A DNA stretch of 64,000 nucleotides from an uncultured delta proteobacterium (GCA_963756005.1 CAVWMC010000006.1:35567-99566); one strand, 5' to 3'; counted from the stretch's first letter, positions 1 through 9,449 are shown. Program-made: numbers and translations. Notes: generated by a model not told the origin, from the sequence alone.

Positions 1-210
1 GCGATGCCGATGCCCTCGCTCAGCGAGAACAGCACCGTGACGACGATCACGCCTATGAGATGCCAGCGCGAGACCTGCACCAGCATCGCGAAATAGGTGC
101 GCAGCGTGCTCTGCGGGCGCGATTTAGCCTGAGCGTCGGCGATAGCGTTAGTGCCGGCCTGCGTCTGGGACGCGACTATGGTGGAGGTCGTCGAGATTGT
201 CTTTTCCACG
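1..210 (-). CDS. Partial N-terminal fragment of an ABC exporter (transmembrane domain); the gene continues beyond the window start
   Basis: The reverse strand translates to VEKTISTTSTIVASQTQAGTNAIADAQAKSRPQSTLRTYFAMLVQVSRWHLIGVIVVTVLFSLSEGIGI. This resembles the N-terminus of MsbA-type ABC exporters (basic stretch followed by a hydrophobic TM1). The frame is open to the window edge. Confidence 0.35.
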
Positions 211-450
211 AATTACAACGGTCCGAGCGGCACAGACGATGCGACGATTGCTCTAAGCGTCAGAACCCTTTCCATCGCTAGTGAAGGCGACACGAGTCTA
301 CCGAGCAATCGTAGCACGGGCAAGCCAGTGACGCCGCACATCGCTCAGATTGCGACGGCGGATGGTGAAAACCGGCGGTCGTTTGACGAAAATGTCCGTC
401 CCTGAATAGGTCTGCATGGGTCGTTTGTGGCGCCCGCGCTTTTGTTTTTT

Positions 451-542
451 TGTCATCCTGACGACGGGAGCGCTAGTGACGGGAGGAACGGATCTCGGAC
501 AGCTTCGCGCAAGCGAAGCCGGTTCCGGTTTCTGAAAATCGC
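451..542 (-). repeat. REP/MITE-like intergenic repeat unit, copy A (inverted orientation)
   Basis: The reverse complement matches copy C (41437-41526) with an identical 45-nt core cagaaaccggaaccggcttcgcttgcgcgaagctgtccgagatcc and a terminal ...tcgtcaggatgaca. It contains an internal hairpin gcttcgc-ttgc-gcgaagc. Confidence 0.65.
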
Positions 543-602
543 GAAGCGGTCCTTTGTGGAGGTCGTGCTCACCCTCCGGATTCTTATTGGATGCAGCGAC
601 GC

Positions 603-685
603 AGAACCGGAACCGGCGGCTCTTGCGCCCCGCTGTCCGAGATCCTTCCTGCCGCTTGCGATGCTCGCTTTGTCAGGGGGACACA
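603..685 (+). repeat. REP/MITE-like intergenic repeat unit, copy B (forward orientation, more diverged)
   Basis: cagaaccggaaccggc...ctgtccgagatccttcc...tttgtcagggggacac aligns with copy C. Together with copy A it forms a head-to-head inverted pair. Confidence 0.55.
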
Positions 686-728
686 AAAACTTTGCGGCGT
701 TGCCTAATATCAAAAGATTCGCGAACTC

Positions 729-1607
729 TCAGGCGAGGTGGGGGCGAACTTCGGCGTCGAAGCGGTCGAGGAATTTTGCGAGGGGGTCGGTGCCGAGCGG
801 GCTTATCAGGATTTCGTTGACTCCGATTGCGGCGAAGCGGTTCAGGTAGTCGGAGATTTCGGCGGGCGGGGCGAGGATGCCTTCGACGTAGCCGCCGGTG
901 TCGGTCCATTTCGGGGCGAAGCCCAGGTACACGCGATGACTGATCGTAAAGCCGTCGAGGCTGCGGCCGCGGCGCGCGGCGAGATCGCGAATCCATCCGA
1001 TACGCTCGGCGACCTGGTCGGGATTCATCCGCGTGCCGTGCCATCCATCGCCCATCTCGACAGCGCGGCGAGCGGCGCGACGGCTGGTGCCTCCGACCCA
1101 GATCGGGATGTTGCCGGCACTGGGACGCGGGCCGAAGCGCATGCCGCTGAGATCGAAAAACTCGCCGTGAAATTCGGGGGTGGCCGCGGACCACGCCGCG
1201 CGCATCAGCTTGATTGCCTCGTCGGTGTAAGTGCCGCGTTTATCGAACGACACGCCGAGCGCGCGGAACTCCGCTTCGAGCCATCCGCTGGCGACGCCCG
1301 CGACGACGCGCCCCGACGACAGCCGGTCGAGGGTGGCAAGTTCCTTGGCGAGATGAATCGCGTTGCGATACGGCACGACGATCACACTGGTCGCGAGCTT
1401 GATTCGGCTGGTGACTGCGGCGACGTAGGCGAGCGTCGCTATAGGCTCCAGTATTTCGATCGGCGGCAGGCGGCCGCCCGACTCGGGCACCAGCAGGTGG
1501 TCGCTGACCCAGATCGATTCGTAGCCGGTCTGTTCGGCGCGCCGCGCGGCATCCGCGACCTGGCCGGGAGATGCCCCGATCTGCGGCAAATGAAGTCCGA
1601 TTTTCGT
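729..1607 (-). CDS. LLM-class (luciferase-like) flavin/F420-dependent oxidoreductase
   Basis: The 327-aa ORF has LLM hallmarks (KIGLHLPQIG N-terminus, SIWVSDHL, TIM-barrel pattern). The conserved N-terminus TKIGLHL begins at an ACG codon (1605-1607) that sits 6 nt after an AGGAGA Shine-Dalgarno and 17 nt after the upstream stop, so the start is ACG or an ATG-to-ACG error. Confidence 0.8.
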   Translation of the reverse strand, partial: TKIGLHLPQIGASPGQVADAARRAEQTGYESIWVSDHLLVPESGGRLPPIEILEPIATLAYVAAVTSRIKLATSVIVVPYRNAIHLAKELATLDRLSSGRVVAGVASGWLEAEFRALGVSFDKRGTYTDEAIKLMRAAWSAATPEFHGEFFDLSGMRFGPRPSAGNIPIWVGGTSRRAARRAVEMGDGWHGTRMNPDQVAERIGWIRDLAARRGRSLDGFTISHRVYLGFAPKWTDTGGYVEGILAPPAEISDYLNRFAAIGVNEILISPLGTDPLAKFLDRFDAEVRPHLA

Positions 1608-1624
1608 GGCCGCTCTCCTGCACC

Positions 1625-2404
1625 CTAGTAATTCGGGTCGCCCGCGAGGATCGCAACCATGCCCCGACAGGTTGGAAAATCGTAGTGCAGGTCGCTCATG
1701 CAGAGCTTCCACGCGGACGGGGCGTCGTGCTTGCCGATAAGCGCGAGCAACTGCGACTTGGTGGGGTCCTTGAGCTGCGCCACGGCGGCCTTCGCATGTT
1801 CGTGACCCAGCTCCTTATATTTCTGCAGCTTGGCGAACCGAACCATCCCTTCGGCGGTCGGACATGGTTGGGACTCGTACCATTGACCGCCTTCCTGGCC
1901 GATTGGGAGGTTGACCGTGTCCTGATTGCCGTCCGGCGTGTTGAAATCCATGCTCATCAGATGAGTCGGCTTCATCGGGTAGGTCGCGTATTTTGTCGGG
2001 TTCATTATGTTTGTCGGCAGGGCGGTAACCTTCAGCTTGAATTTCTGGTTAATCGGGAGAGCGAACAGCCGCTTTATCCGGTCCTGCAGAAAATCCTCGT
2101 TCTTGCCGATGCACTTTAAGGTCGAAGGCGCGATCAGCTGCTTCATCGCGGCGAAGTCTTTCGAGTCCATCGCGTCGGCGACCTTGCGCGCGAAGGCCTG
2201 CTGCTCCGGCGTTCCTTTCTCGGCTTTCTTTATCGCGGCCACCTCTTTGGCTGACAGGGTCGGAGCGCCGTGCGGAGCGGCGTCCGGCGCGCGCATCGCC
2301 CACGGCGACTCCTGCGGCTTGGCAGACTCCTGCGGATAGGCAGGCGCGACGAGCGCGGCGGTCGTGACGATCAATACAAGTATGGTTGTCAGGGACTTCA
2401 GCAT
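1625..2404 (-). CDS. Secreted hypothetical protein (signal peptide)
   Basis: The internal Met gives MLKSLTTILVLIVTTAALVAPAYPQESAKP, a classical Sec signal peptide. I recognise no conserved domain. Start taken at M31 of the track ORF. Confidence 0.55.
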   Translation of the reverse strand: MLKSLTTILVLIVTTAALVAPAYPQESAKPQESPWAMRAPDAAPHGAPTLSAKEVAAIKKAEKGTPEQQAFARKVADAMDSKDFAAMKQLIAPSTLKCIGKNEDFLQDRIKRLFALPINQKFKLKVTALPTNIMNPTKYATYPMKPTHLMSMDFNTPDGNQDTVNLPIGQEGGQWYESQPCPTAEGMVRFAKLQKYKELGHEHAKAAVAQLKDPTKSQLLALIGKHDAPSAWKLCMSDLHYDFPTCRGMVAILAGDPNY

Positions 2405-2454
2405 TCTCACTCCTTGAGTGCGGGCACACGCCGAGAAAATTTCACGATGCGAGA

Positions 2455-4521
2455 TTAATCTTTGTCGGGGATCGACTTCAATTGATCGAGCCATGCGATC
2501 GCCTCGCTATCCGAGGGCGCACGCCAGTCACCGCGCGGCGACAGCGAGCCGCCCGAGCCTACTTTAGGCGCGTTGGGGATCGCGCTGCGCTTGAACTGGC
2601 TCAATTGAAAGAAGCGGTACAGGAACGTGTGCAGGTGGCCCTTGATGGTGGCGAGGTCGTACTGGTTGCGGCGAGCGGCGGGAATGTCGGGCCATTGGCC
2701 GGCGTTCTTGTCGCGCCACGCGTTGTACGCGAGGAACGCGACTTTGGGCGGCGGATATCCAAAGCGCAAAGTGTAATAGAGAAAAAAATCGTGCAGCTCG
2801 TAGGGGCCGATCGTCGCCTCGGTGTCGTGGCTGGGATGGCCGTTCGCCGCGGTGCCGGGAATCAGCTCGGGGCTGATCGGCGTCGCGAGGATTTCGAGCA
2901 GCGTCGAGCTGGTCTGGCGGCCGAGGCTTTCGGTTTGCGCCAGCCATCGGATGACGTGCTGAATCAGCGTCTTGGGCACGCTCGCGTTGACGCTGTAATG
3001 CGACATGTGATCGCCGACGCCGTAGGTGCACCATCCCAGCGCCAGCTCGCTCAGGTCGCCGGTGCCGACCACCAGCCCGCCGCGCAGATTGGCCAGGCGA
3101 AAGAGATGGCTGGTGCGCTCGCCCGCCTGCACGTTCTCGAAGGTGACGTCGTAAACCTCTTTGCCCTCGGCATACGGATGCCCAATGTCCTTGAGCATCT
3201 GCATGCAGCTTGGGCGGATGTCGATTTCGTCGGTCGAGCAGCCGAGCGACTTCATCAGGCGGCGCGCCTGCTCGAGCGTGCGCGCGCTGGTGGCAAAGCC
3301 CGGCATAGTGACGGCGAGAATATTTTTGCGCGGCGTGCCGAGACGATCCATCGCCCGCGCGCATACCAGCAGCGCATGGGTCGAGTCGATTCCGCCCGAG
3401 ACTCCGATCACGACGCGATCGAGTCCGGTTGCGCGGATCCGGGTCGCGAGGCCTTGCACCTGGATGTCGAAGACTTCGGCGCATCGCTCGTCGCGCGTCG
3501 CGGGATCCGATGGCACGTAGGGGAAGCGCTCGTAGCGCCGTTGCAAGGGCATCTTGCCGCGGCGCGGCAACTCGCTTGAAAATGCGATCCGCCGAAAGCG
3601 CCGCACGCGATCGGACTCGCGCTGAGCGGTATCGCCGAAAGTGTTCTGGCGCATCCGCTCCTGCGACAATCGTTCGAGATCGATTTCCGCGCAGACGACT
3701 TGCGGCTGATCCTTGAAGCGCTCGGACTCGGCGACGATGTTGCCGTTCTCGGCGATCAACGCGTGGCCGTCCCATGCGAGGTCGGTGGTCGATTCACCCA
3801 CACCGGCGGCCGAATATGCGTACGCCGCGAGGCATCGCGCGGACTGGCTGGCGACCAGCGCGCGGCGGTAGTCGGCCTTGCCAACCGTGATATTCGACGC
3901 CGACAGATTCAGCAGCACAGTAGCGCCGGCGAGCGCCGCGTACGACGACGGCGAAATCGGCACCCACAGGTCCTCGCAAATCTCGGCGTGGAAGGTGAGC
4001 AGCGGCTGTTCCTCGTGCTGGAAGATGAGACTGTTGCCGAACGGCACGGCGCGGCTGCCGGCGAGATCGATTTCGTCGCGCGTCGCGGCGTCGGCCGAGG
4101 TGAATTGGCGCGGCTCGTAAAATTCACGGTAGTTCGGGAGATTGGTTTTCGGCACGACGCCGAGAATCTTCCCGCGATGAATCACGATCGCGCAGTTGTA
4201 TAGATGATGATCGAGCTGGAGCGGCGCGCCGACCACAGCGACTATCGACAGCTTACTGGTGGCTTCGACCACGGCGGCGATTGCGTCGAGGCAGGCGTCG
4301 AGAAGGGCGCGCTGCTGAAACAAGTCGTCGCACGAGTACGCAGTCAGGCCCAATTCGGGGAACAGCGCGAGGACTGCCTTGCGTTCGGCGGCGTCGCGAA
4401 TGAGCGCGACGGTGTGTTCGCTATTGTAGGCGGGATCGGCGACGCGAACGGACGGAACTCCAACTGCGATTCGCACGAAATCGTGATTGTAGAGATTGAA
4501 AAAGTTGCCGTTGCTGGTCAC
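2455..4521 (-). CDS. nadE: Glutamine-dependent NAD+ synthetase (N-terminal nitrilase/CN-hydrolase domain plus C-terminal NAD synthetase domain)
   Basis: 688 aa. The N-terminal CN-hydrolase region (VRIAVGVP...[15 protein letters not shown]...EICEDLW) is followed by the NAD synthase ATP-PPase region ([24 protein letters not shown]-like). The length is typical of the large NadE type. Confidence 0.9.
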   Translation of the reverse strand: MTSNGNFFNLYNHDFVRIAVGVPSVRVADPAYNSEHTVALIRDAAERKAVLALFPELGLTAYSCDDLFQQRALLDACLDAIAAVVEATSKLSIVAVVGAPLQLDHHLYNCAIVIHRGKILGVVPKTNLPNYREFYEPRQFTSADAATRDEIDLAGSRAVPFGNSLIFQHEEQPLLTFHAEICEDLWVPISPSSYAALAGATVLLNLSASNITVGKADYRRALVASQSARCLAAYAYSAAGVGESTTDLAWDGHALIAENGNIVAESERFKDQPQVVCAEIDLERLSQERMRQNTFGDTAQRESDRVRRFRRIAFSSELPRRGKMPLQRRYERFPYVPSDPATRDERCAEVFDIQVQGLATRIRATGLDRVVIGVSGGIDSTHALLVCARAMDRLGTPRKNILAVTMPGFATSARTLEQARRLMKSLGCSTDEIDIRPSCMQMLKDIGHPYAEGKEVYDVTFENVQAGERTSHLFRLANLRGGLVVGTGDLSELALGWCTYGVGDHMSHYSVNASVPKTLIQHVIRWLAQTESLGRQTSSTLLEILATPISPELIPGTAANGHPSHDTEATIGPYELHDFFLYYTLRFGYPPPKVAFLAYNAWRDKNAGQWPDIPAARRNQYDLATIKGHLHTFLYRFFQLSQFKRSAIPNAPKVGSGGSLSPRGDWRAPSDSEAIAWLDQLKSIPDKD

Positions 4522-4612
4522 GCCGATGCCCTACTCGATACCAAGACTGTGCCGATTGTAGGCGTGCCGTACAAGATTGCCCAAATTGCGCCTTTCGATG
4601 CGTTCGCGAGCT

Positions 4613-4966
4613 TCAATCCTCGCGCTTTTCGACGAACGCCTTGAGCCGGGCGAGCGCCGCGTCCCAATCCTGCGAAATCTGATCGAGGTAGCGCCGCGCT
4701 TCGACGAGCCGTTTCGTCTGCAGCTCCCAGATGCGTTCGCGGCCGACGCGTGAGCTGCGTGCGAGGCCGGCCTGTTCGAGGGCATGCAGATGTTTGGTGA
4801 CCGCCTGGCGCGAGACCGCGGCAGTGTCGGCCAATTGCACGATCGACAGCGGCCCGTCGCCGCATAGCCGGGCGACGATTTGCAATCGAGTATCGTCGCC
4901 GAGCGCGGCGAAGACGGGCGCGGCCTCGGCGAATTTCGCGACGGCTGAAGTAAGCGATCGTGGCAC
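4613..4966 (-). CDS. ArsR/SmtB-family HTH transcriptional regulator
   Basis: 117 aa: ALGDDTRLQIVARLCGDGPLSIVQLADTAAVSRQAVTKHLHALEQAGL is the canonical ArsR winged-HTH. Confidence 0.85.
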   Translation of the reverse strand: MPRSLTSAVAKFAEAAPVFAALGDDTRLQIVARLCGDGPLSIVQLADTAAVSRQAVTKHLHALEQAGLARSSRVGRERIWELQTKRLVEARRYLDQISQDWDAALARLKAFVEKRED

Positions 4967-5224
4967 GGTTCAGGCCACCACGCAGACGGCGCGATCGTTG
5001 TTCGTCATCATACGCAACCTTCGAGTTGCGCTTATAGTGACACCGCTGACGGTCAAATGCGACCCGCGGGTTGCATTCCCGCCTTGGGGTGGATCGACGG
5101 TATCCAGAAAGACCGGGATTCTTCGCCGCGCTCTGAGTGACACGAGACGGATACAAGATGGAGAAGACCCGAAAAATCCTTACTTTTCAAGTGTTTAGCT
5201 AATGACAGCCTCTCGCTCGGCTCG

Positions 5225-5241
5225 TTGAACAAATTGTTCAA
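5225..5241. promoter_or_regulatory. Perfect 17-bp palindrome TTGAACAAATTGTTCAA in the arsR-divergent promoter region; candidate operator
   Basis: Read directly: ttgaaca-aat-tgttcaa. It lies 259 bp upstream of the arsR start and 54 bp upstream of a small ORF that has a strong SD. Confidence 0.4.
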
Positions 5242-5294
5242 TCGAATGTAACGCCTATTTAAGTGAGAGGGACCAGAGAACAGGAGAAACGACG

Positions 5295-5462
5295 ATGCTA
5301 TCCACGCTTTATCACGAGTACTTAGTCCCGACCGGCGGCCAGCGGACGGACAAGAACCTCGCGGCCCGGCTCGGCGACCAGCTCGACGAGATCGCGGTAT
5401 TTGCGCTGGTGGCAGTCGCCGTCTTCTACATCGCAGCCGCGAGCTGCTGGTTCATTTTATAA
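5295..5462 (+). CDS. Small (55 aa) hypothetical membrane protein, not in the ORF track
   Basis: ATG at 5295 is preceded by AGGAGA with 7-nt spacing. It translates to MLSTLYHEYLVPTGGQRTDKNLAARLGDQLDEIAVFALVAVAVFYIAAASCWFIL with a C-terminal TM helix and stop TAA at 5460-5462. Confidence 0.3.
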   Translation: MLSTLYHEYLVPTGGQRTDKNLAARLGDQLDEIAVFALVAVAVFYIAAASCWFIL

Positions 5463-5741
5463 AGGCGTCAATCCCCCGAGCGCGCCCTGGCGGGGAGTTT
5501 CTGCGATGAGCGGAGCCCCCGCCAGGAAAATTAAGCGCGAAGTGGGGAATTAGAAAAGTTCCTGCACCGAGTCCCACGCCCGCCGGTGCGCTCCCAAAGG
5601 GGGGCGCGCATCGGCGGGCGTTCCTTTTTGCGCGCGCGAAAACACCCTCGCATTCCTTGTCCGGCGTGTCGATCACTGCAATAAGAGGGGAGCGACCCGG
5701 CTCCCGCGCCGGATCGAAATGCCGTCGAAGGAGGACTCGCG

Positions 5742-6350
5742 ATGCCAGCCAGCTCAGCCGAGAACGGAAACGGAACCAGGCGCGTCGTACCCGCGAAATT
5801 TGCGCACGCCGTGCTCGCCACCAAGCAATTCCAGCCGATGGTCGATTGGTACACGACCGTGTTGCAGGCCGAGGTCGTTCACAGCAACGGCATGCTCGCG
5901 TTCATGACCTACGACGACGAGCATCACCGGATTGCGATCGCGGCGGTGCCCGGGCTTGAAGACAAGCCGCGGCATTCGGTCGGGCTCGATCATTTGGCAT
6001 ACACCTACGCCAATCTCGGCGACCTGGTTTTCACTTACGAGCGCCTCAAGCAGGCCGGGATCATGCCGGTGGTGACTATCAATCACGGGCCGACGACCTC
6101 GATGTACTATCGCGACCCCGACGGCAACCGGGTCGAGCTGCAAGTCGACAATTTCGATACGGTCGAGGAGCTGAAGGGATTTTTCCAGAGCGACGCGATG
6201 CAGAAGAATCCGATTGGCGTGAGCTTCAACCCCGACGAGCTGGCGCGCGAGTATCACGCCGGCGTGCCCGAGTCGGAGCTCAAGAAATACGACGCGACGC
6301 GGGGACTCGATCCGGCGACGATGCGGCGGTTGATGGGCGCGAATCAGTAG
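5742..6350 (+). CDS. VOC-family protein (glyoxalase / extradiol dioxygenase fold)
   Basis: 202 aa: AHAVLATKQF...HHRIAIAA...GLDHLAYTY...VELQVD resembles paired beta-alpha-beta-beta-beta VOC modules. A GGAGG SD lies 7 nt upstream. Confidence 0.75.
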   Translation: MPASSAENGNGTRRVVPAKFAHAVLATKQFQPMVDWYTTVLQAEVVHSNGMLAFMTYDDEHHRIAIAAVPGLEDKPRHSVGLDHLAYTYANLGDLVFTYERLKQAGIMPVVTINHGPTTSMYYRDPDGNRVELQVDNFDTVEELKGFFQSDAMQKNPIGVSFNPDELAREYHAGVPESELKKYDATRGLDPATMRRLMGANQ

Positions 6351-6395
6351 TTTGAAAATAATTTTGACGGCACGAAGCGGAGCGGCTGGAGTCGA

Positions 6396-7271
6396 ATGAA
6401 ACTTGCGACCTTCACCCATGGCGACGCGACGCGGATTGGCGTCGTGGTCGAGGACTCAATCGTTGACCTCGCGGCGGCGGCGTCAGAACTGCCGCGCGAG
6501 ATGATCGCGTTTCTAATCGCGGGACCGCATGCGATCGAGCGCGCCGCCGCGGCGGCGAAGAATCCAGCGCATCGAATCGCGCTCAAGAGCGTCAAGCTCG
6601 AGGCGCCGATTGCGCGGCCGCCGGAGTTTCTCGCGATCGGGCTCAACTACGCCGATCACGTCGAAGAGACGAAGATGAAGCGGCCCGAGTTTCCGATGTT
6701 CTTCAACAAGCAATCGAGCTGCGTCACCGGACCCGGCGATCCGATCCACCTGCCGCGCGCGTCGTCGGCACTCGATTACGAAGGCGAGCTCGGATTCGTG
6801 ATCGGGCGGCGATGCCGTCACGTGCCGCGCGGCCGCGCGCACGAGGTAATCGCCGGTTACGTGATCGTCAACGACGTGAGCGTGCGCGACTGGCAGCGGC
6901 GCGCGCCGACGATGACGCTGGGCAAGTCGTTCGACACGCACGGGCCGGTTGGGCCGTGGATCGTGACGCCGGACGAGATTGGCGATCCGCACAAACTGGA
7001 CTTGAAAACGTTCGTCAACGGCGAACAGCGCCAGCATTCCAACACCAAGAACCTGATCTTCGACTGCTTCGCGCAGATCGAGACGCTCTCGACGGTGTTC
7101 ACGCTGCTGCCGGGTACGATCGTTTCGACCGGCACGCCGGGCGGCGTCGCGGCGGCGATGAATCCGCCAAAGTGGCTGAAGGCGGGCGACGTGGTGCGAA
7201 TCGAGATCGAGAAGATCGGCCAACTCGAAAACAAAGTAATCGAGGAACCCGCCAGCACCGACTCAATCTAG
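6396..7271 (+). CDS. Fumarylacetoacetate hydrolase (FAH) family protein (2-keto-4-pentenoate hydratase / HpaG-like)
   Basis: 291 aa: MKLATF...GDATRIGVVVED, GLNYADHVEE, YEGELGFVIG and GTPGG are FAH-family motifs. Confidence 0.85.
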   Translation: MKLATFTHGDATRIGVVVEDSIVDLAAAASELPREMIAFLIAGPHAIERAAAAAKNPAHRIALKSVKLEAPIARPPEFLAIGLNYADHVEETKMKRPEFPMFFNKQSSCVTGPGDPIHLPRASSALDYEGELGFVIGRRCRHVPRGRAHEVIAGYVIVNDVSVRDWQRRAPTMTLGKSFDTHGPVGPWIVTPDEIGDPHKLDLKTFVNGEQRQHSNTKNLIFDCFAQIETLSTVFTLLPGTIVSTGTPGGVAAAMNPPKWLKAGDVVRIEIEKIGQLENKVIEEPASTDSI

Positions 7272-7682
7272 GCGGATGCTACGCGCGAGCTAAAAAGTCG
7301 CCGTACCTTTGGCGCGCGACGGCAAAGTCTCGTCGCGCGCAGAGTACTATTTCCGTTGGACCGCGCTCGACGCGAGCGATCTTCTGCGCACGGCTAGCCA
7401 TACTTTTTGGAGTTTTGAAGTCGTTATCCGCCGCGAGAAATACCGCGGCGTCAGCATGCTTATGACAAGCGAAGAATGGAATAAGTAGCGTCAGCGACAA
7501 AAATGTTGCAATGACTCTACAGTTTGTAGTATATAGTTGACGACGTGAGGCAGGGGCGCGGCTTAGACGTTACGCTATTGATCGATCGCTCATGGCACAT
7601 TGATTGCTCCCTCTTCGAGCAAGGAGAGGCGGTTCGGATGGGCGGGATGTAAGTATTAACGCACCTTGGGGAGGGCGCGAAG

Positions 7683-7880
7683 ATGCTGCCAACAGTGTCG
7701 AATGGGATCCGCTCGTCGGAACATGAGATCAACCAGGCAAGACCTTCGCACCCTGGAGTGCTGAGCCGCCTCCTCCTGAAATTCCGGCCGCCGTGGCACG
7801 CTGACTATTTTTTCCAGAAACCGCGCCGCTCGATCGACCGCGACCTGCAGGAGCAGTGGCCGACCGACTATCCGCTGTAA
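7683..7880 (+). CDS. Small hypothetical ORF (65 aa) in an AT-rich intergenic region
   Basis: ATG is preceded by GGGGAGGG at about 8 nt. I see no homology; this is a weak call. Confidence 0.2.
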   Translation: MLPTVSNGIRSSEHEINQARPSHPGVLSRLLLKFRPPWHADYFFQKPRRSIDRDLQEQWPTDYPL

Positions 7881-7925
7881 GCCGGGCCGGATTCGGCGCC
7901 GCCCGATCTGTTCGCTGCTGATCGG

Positions 7926-9449
7926 CTAGGGAAACCGGCCGGGTTGCGCGATGCCTGCGACTGGTGCTCCCGGCACCTTCGAGGCCGCGAAGTCTTGCCG
8001 GGCATAGAGCCTCGATGAGGCATCGTCGTAGATCAATTTCCAGTCCGTGCGCGTGTCCATCAGCTTCCGCGATTCGGAAGCCGGCTTGATCAGCACAAAA
8101 TCAGTCGGAAATTCGGACAGGACCGCGTCGCCGCCCTGCTGATTGAAATTAAACAGCGCGAACTTGTAGATGGTTTCGTACGGAAAGACCGTATCATACC
8201 GCCCGTCGATGAACACCCGCGACCCCGGCGCCATGTTCCAGATCAGATACTCGCCCCATTCGAAGGTACTCAGGATATTGCCTTGCAGCTCGTGCTGCTT
8301 CATGAACTCGCATGCGCCGGCAGGGTACGGGTCAGGCGATACCAGCGCGCGCGCGAAAAATCCGTACTGAAGGAAAATGATCGCCGATAGTGCGATCAGT
8401 ACTATCTGATTGATCCATCCCGAGCGCCGCGGCGGCGGCGGGCTTGCCTTCGCTGGCACAATCAAATGCCACGCGCGCGGGGAATGACGCGCGAGCGGCG
8501 CCGCCAACGCGATCATCGCAATCGGGAGATTCCGGGTCGAAATGAACGCCGCGATTGCCATCAGCACTGCTATCGCACACAGCGGCAGATCTACCGCCTC
8601 GATTGTCAGCGCCCACGAAATGCCGGCCATCGCCATCATCGCGATCCCGATGTCATAGTTCGAGATTAGAAACCGATGCTGCTGCCAGTGAGCGATGGCG
8701 GCGGACGCGAGCGGCTGCCATTCTTCGATCACGCTCCGCGTATATGGATTGTGCAACGCGTGCCCGACCGTCTCCCAGGTCCCGAATCCGTACGGCGTCG
8801 CGAGCGTCGCGACGATCGACGCGCCCGTGATTGCCGCGAGTCTCATCGCTCGAGCGTAGCCGCGGCCCGCCATGACATCCTGCAATCCCGACACCGCGGC
8901 ATAAGTGCCAAGCGCGGCTATCCCCATGATGAACCCGCCGTGCAGGTTCGCCCAAAGTGCAAGTATCGGAATCGCGAGCCACAAACGTCCCGCGCGTCGG
9001 AAAGCATCAGCGCTAAGCAGGTAAATGAGTACCGCCAGCAGCGCGAACGTGAATGCTTGCGGGCGGAACTGCAGTTGCGGCTTGATAACAACCGCCGACC
9101 CAATCAGTACTGCAAACTGAACCAGGGTTGAGGAGCCGGTCTCGGCGACCGCCGCTGCGAGCGCAAGAATCACGACCGTGGTGCACGCGAGTTTCAGGAG
9201 AATGAGGCCGAAGACGCCGGCATGATTGAAAATTGCCGCCATCAGCACTTCGGTGAGCCATTCGTGGTTGTTCCAGTAATGTCCCGCGGCCGAGTAGGAG
9301 TAAGGATCGTGAAGCACCAGGTGATGCAGGCTCAAGACGGCCTGACCGAAACGAACATGGCCCCACAAATCGGGATCCGGCAGGCGAATCGAATCGGCAA
9401 TCGCGATAGTGATAAGCAGGAGTCCGGGAGAATAGCGAAATAGCGACAT
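7926..9449 (-). CDS. Polytopic integral membrane protein, possibly a GT-C-type glycosyltransferase-like protein
   Basis: At least 10 predicted TM helices are followed by a C-terminal soluble domain of about 150 aa (FIDGRYDTVFPYE...). This architecture resembles PMT/ArnT-like GT-C enzymes but no diagnostic motif is secure. Start taken at M31 (MSLFRYSPGLLLITIAIA). Confidence 0.5.
   Translation of the reverse strand: MSLFRYSPGLLLITIAIADSIRLPDPDLWGHVRFGQAVLSLHHLVLHDPYSYSAAGHYWNNHEWLTEVLMAAIFNHAGVFGLILLKLACTTVVILALAAAVAETGSSTLVQFAVLIGSAVVIKPQLQFRPQAFTFALLAVLIYLLSADAFRRAGRLWLAIPILALWANLHGGFIMGIAALGTYAAVSGLQDVMAGRGYARAMRLAAITGASIVATLATPYGFGTWETVGHALHNPYTRSVIEEWQPLASAAIAHWQQHRFLISNYDIGIAMMAMAGISWALTIEAVDLPLCAIAVLMAIAAFISTRNLPIAMIALAAPLARHSPRAWHLIVPAKASPPPPRRSGWINQIVLIALSAIIFLQYGFFARALVSPDPYPAGACEFMKQHELQGNILSTFEWGEYLIWNMAPGSRVFIDGRYDTVFPYETIYKFALFNFNQQGGDAVLSEFPTDFVLIKPASESRKLMDTRTDWKLIYDDASSRLYARQDFAASKVPGAPVAGIAQPGRFP

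Noticed and set aside
60-405. Plus-strand ORFs 60-281 and 151-405 at the window start.
   Set aside because: They are antisense to a better-supported ABC-exporter N-terminal fragment and have no SD or domain. Long spurious ORFs of this kind are expected in high-GC DNA.
2564-3775. 403-aa Arg-rich ORF on the minus strand overlapping nadE in another frame, plus 2386-3579 on the plus strand.
   Set aside because: Alternative frames of a confidently identified gene, with extreme Arg/Ala composition typical of GC artefacts.
7279-7500. 73-aa minus-strand ORF in the AT-rich intergenic region.
   Set aside because: No SD, no domain and low coding-like composition.
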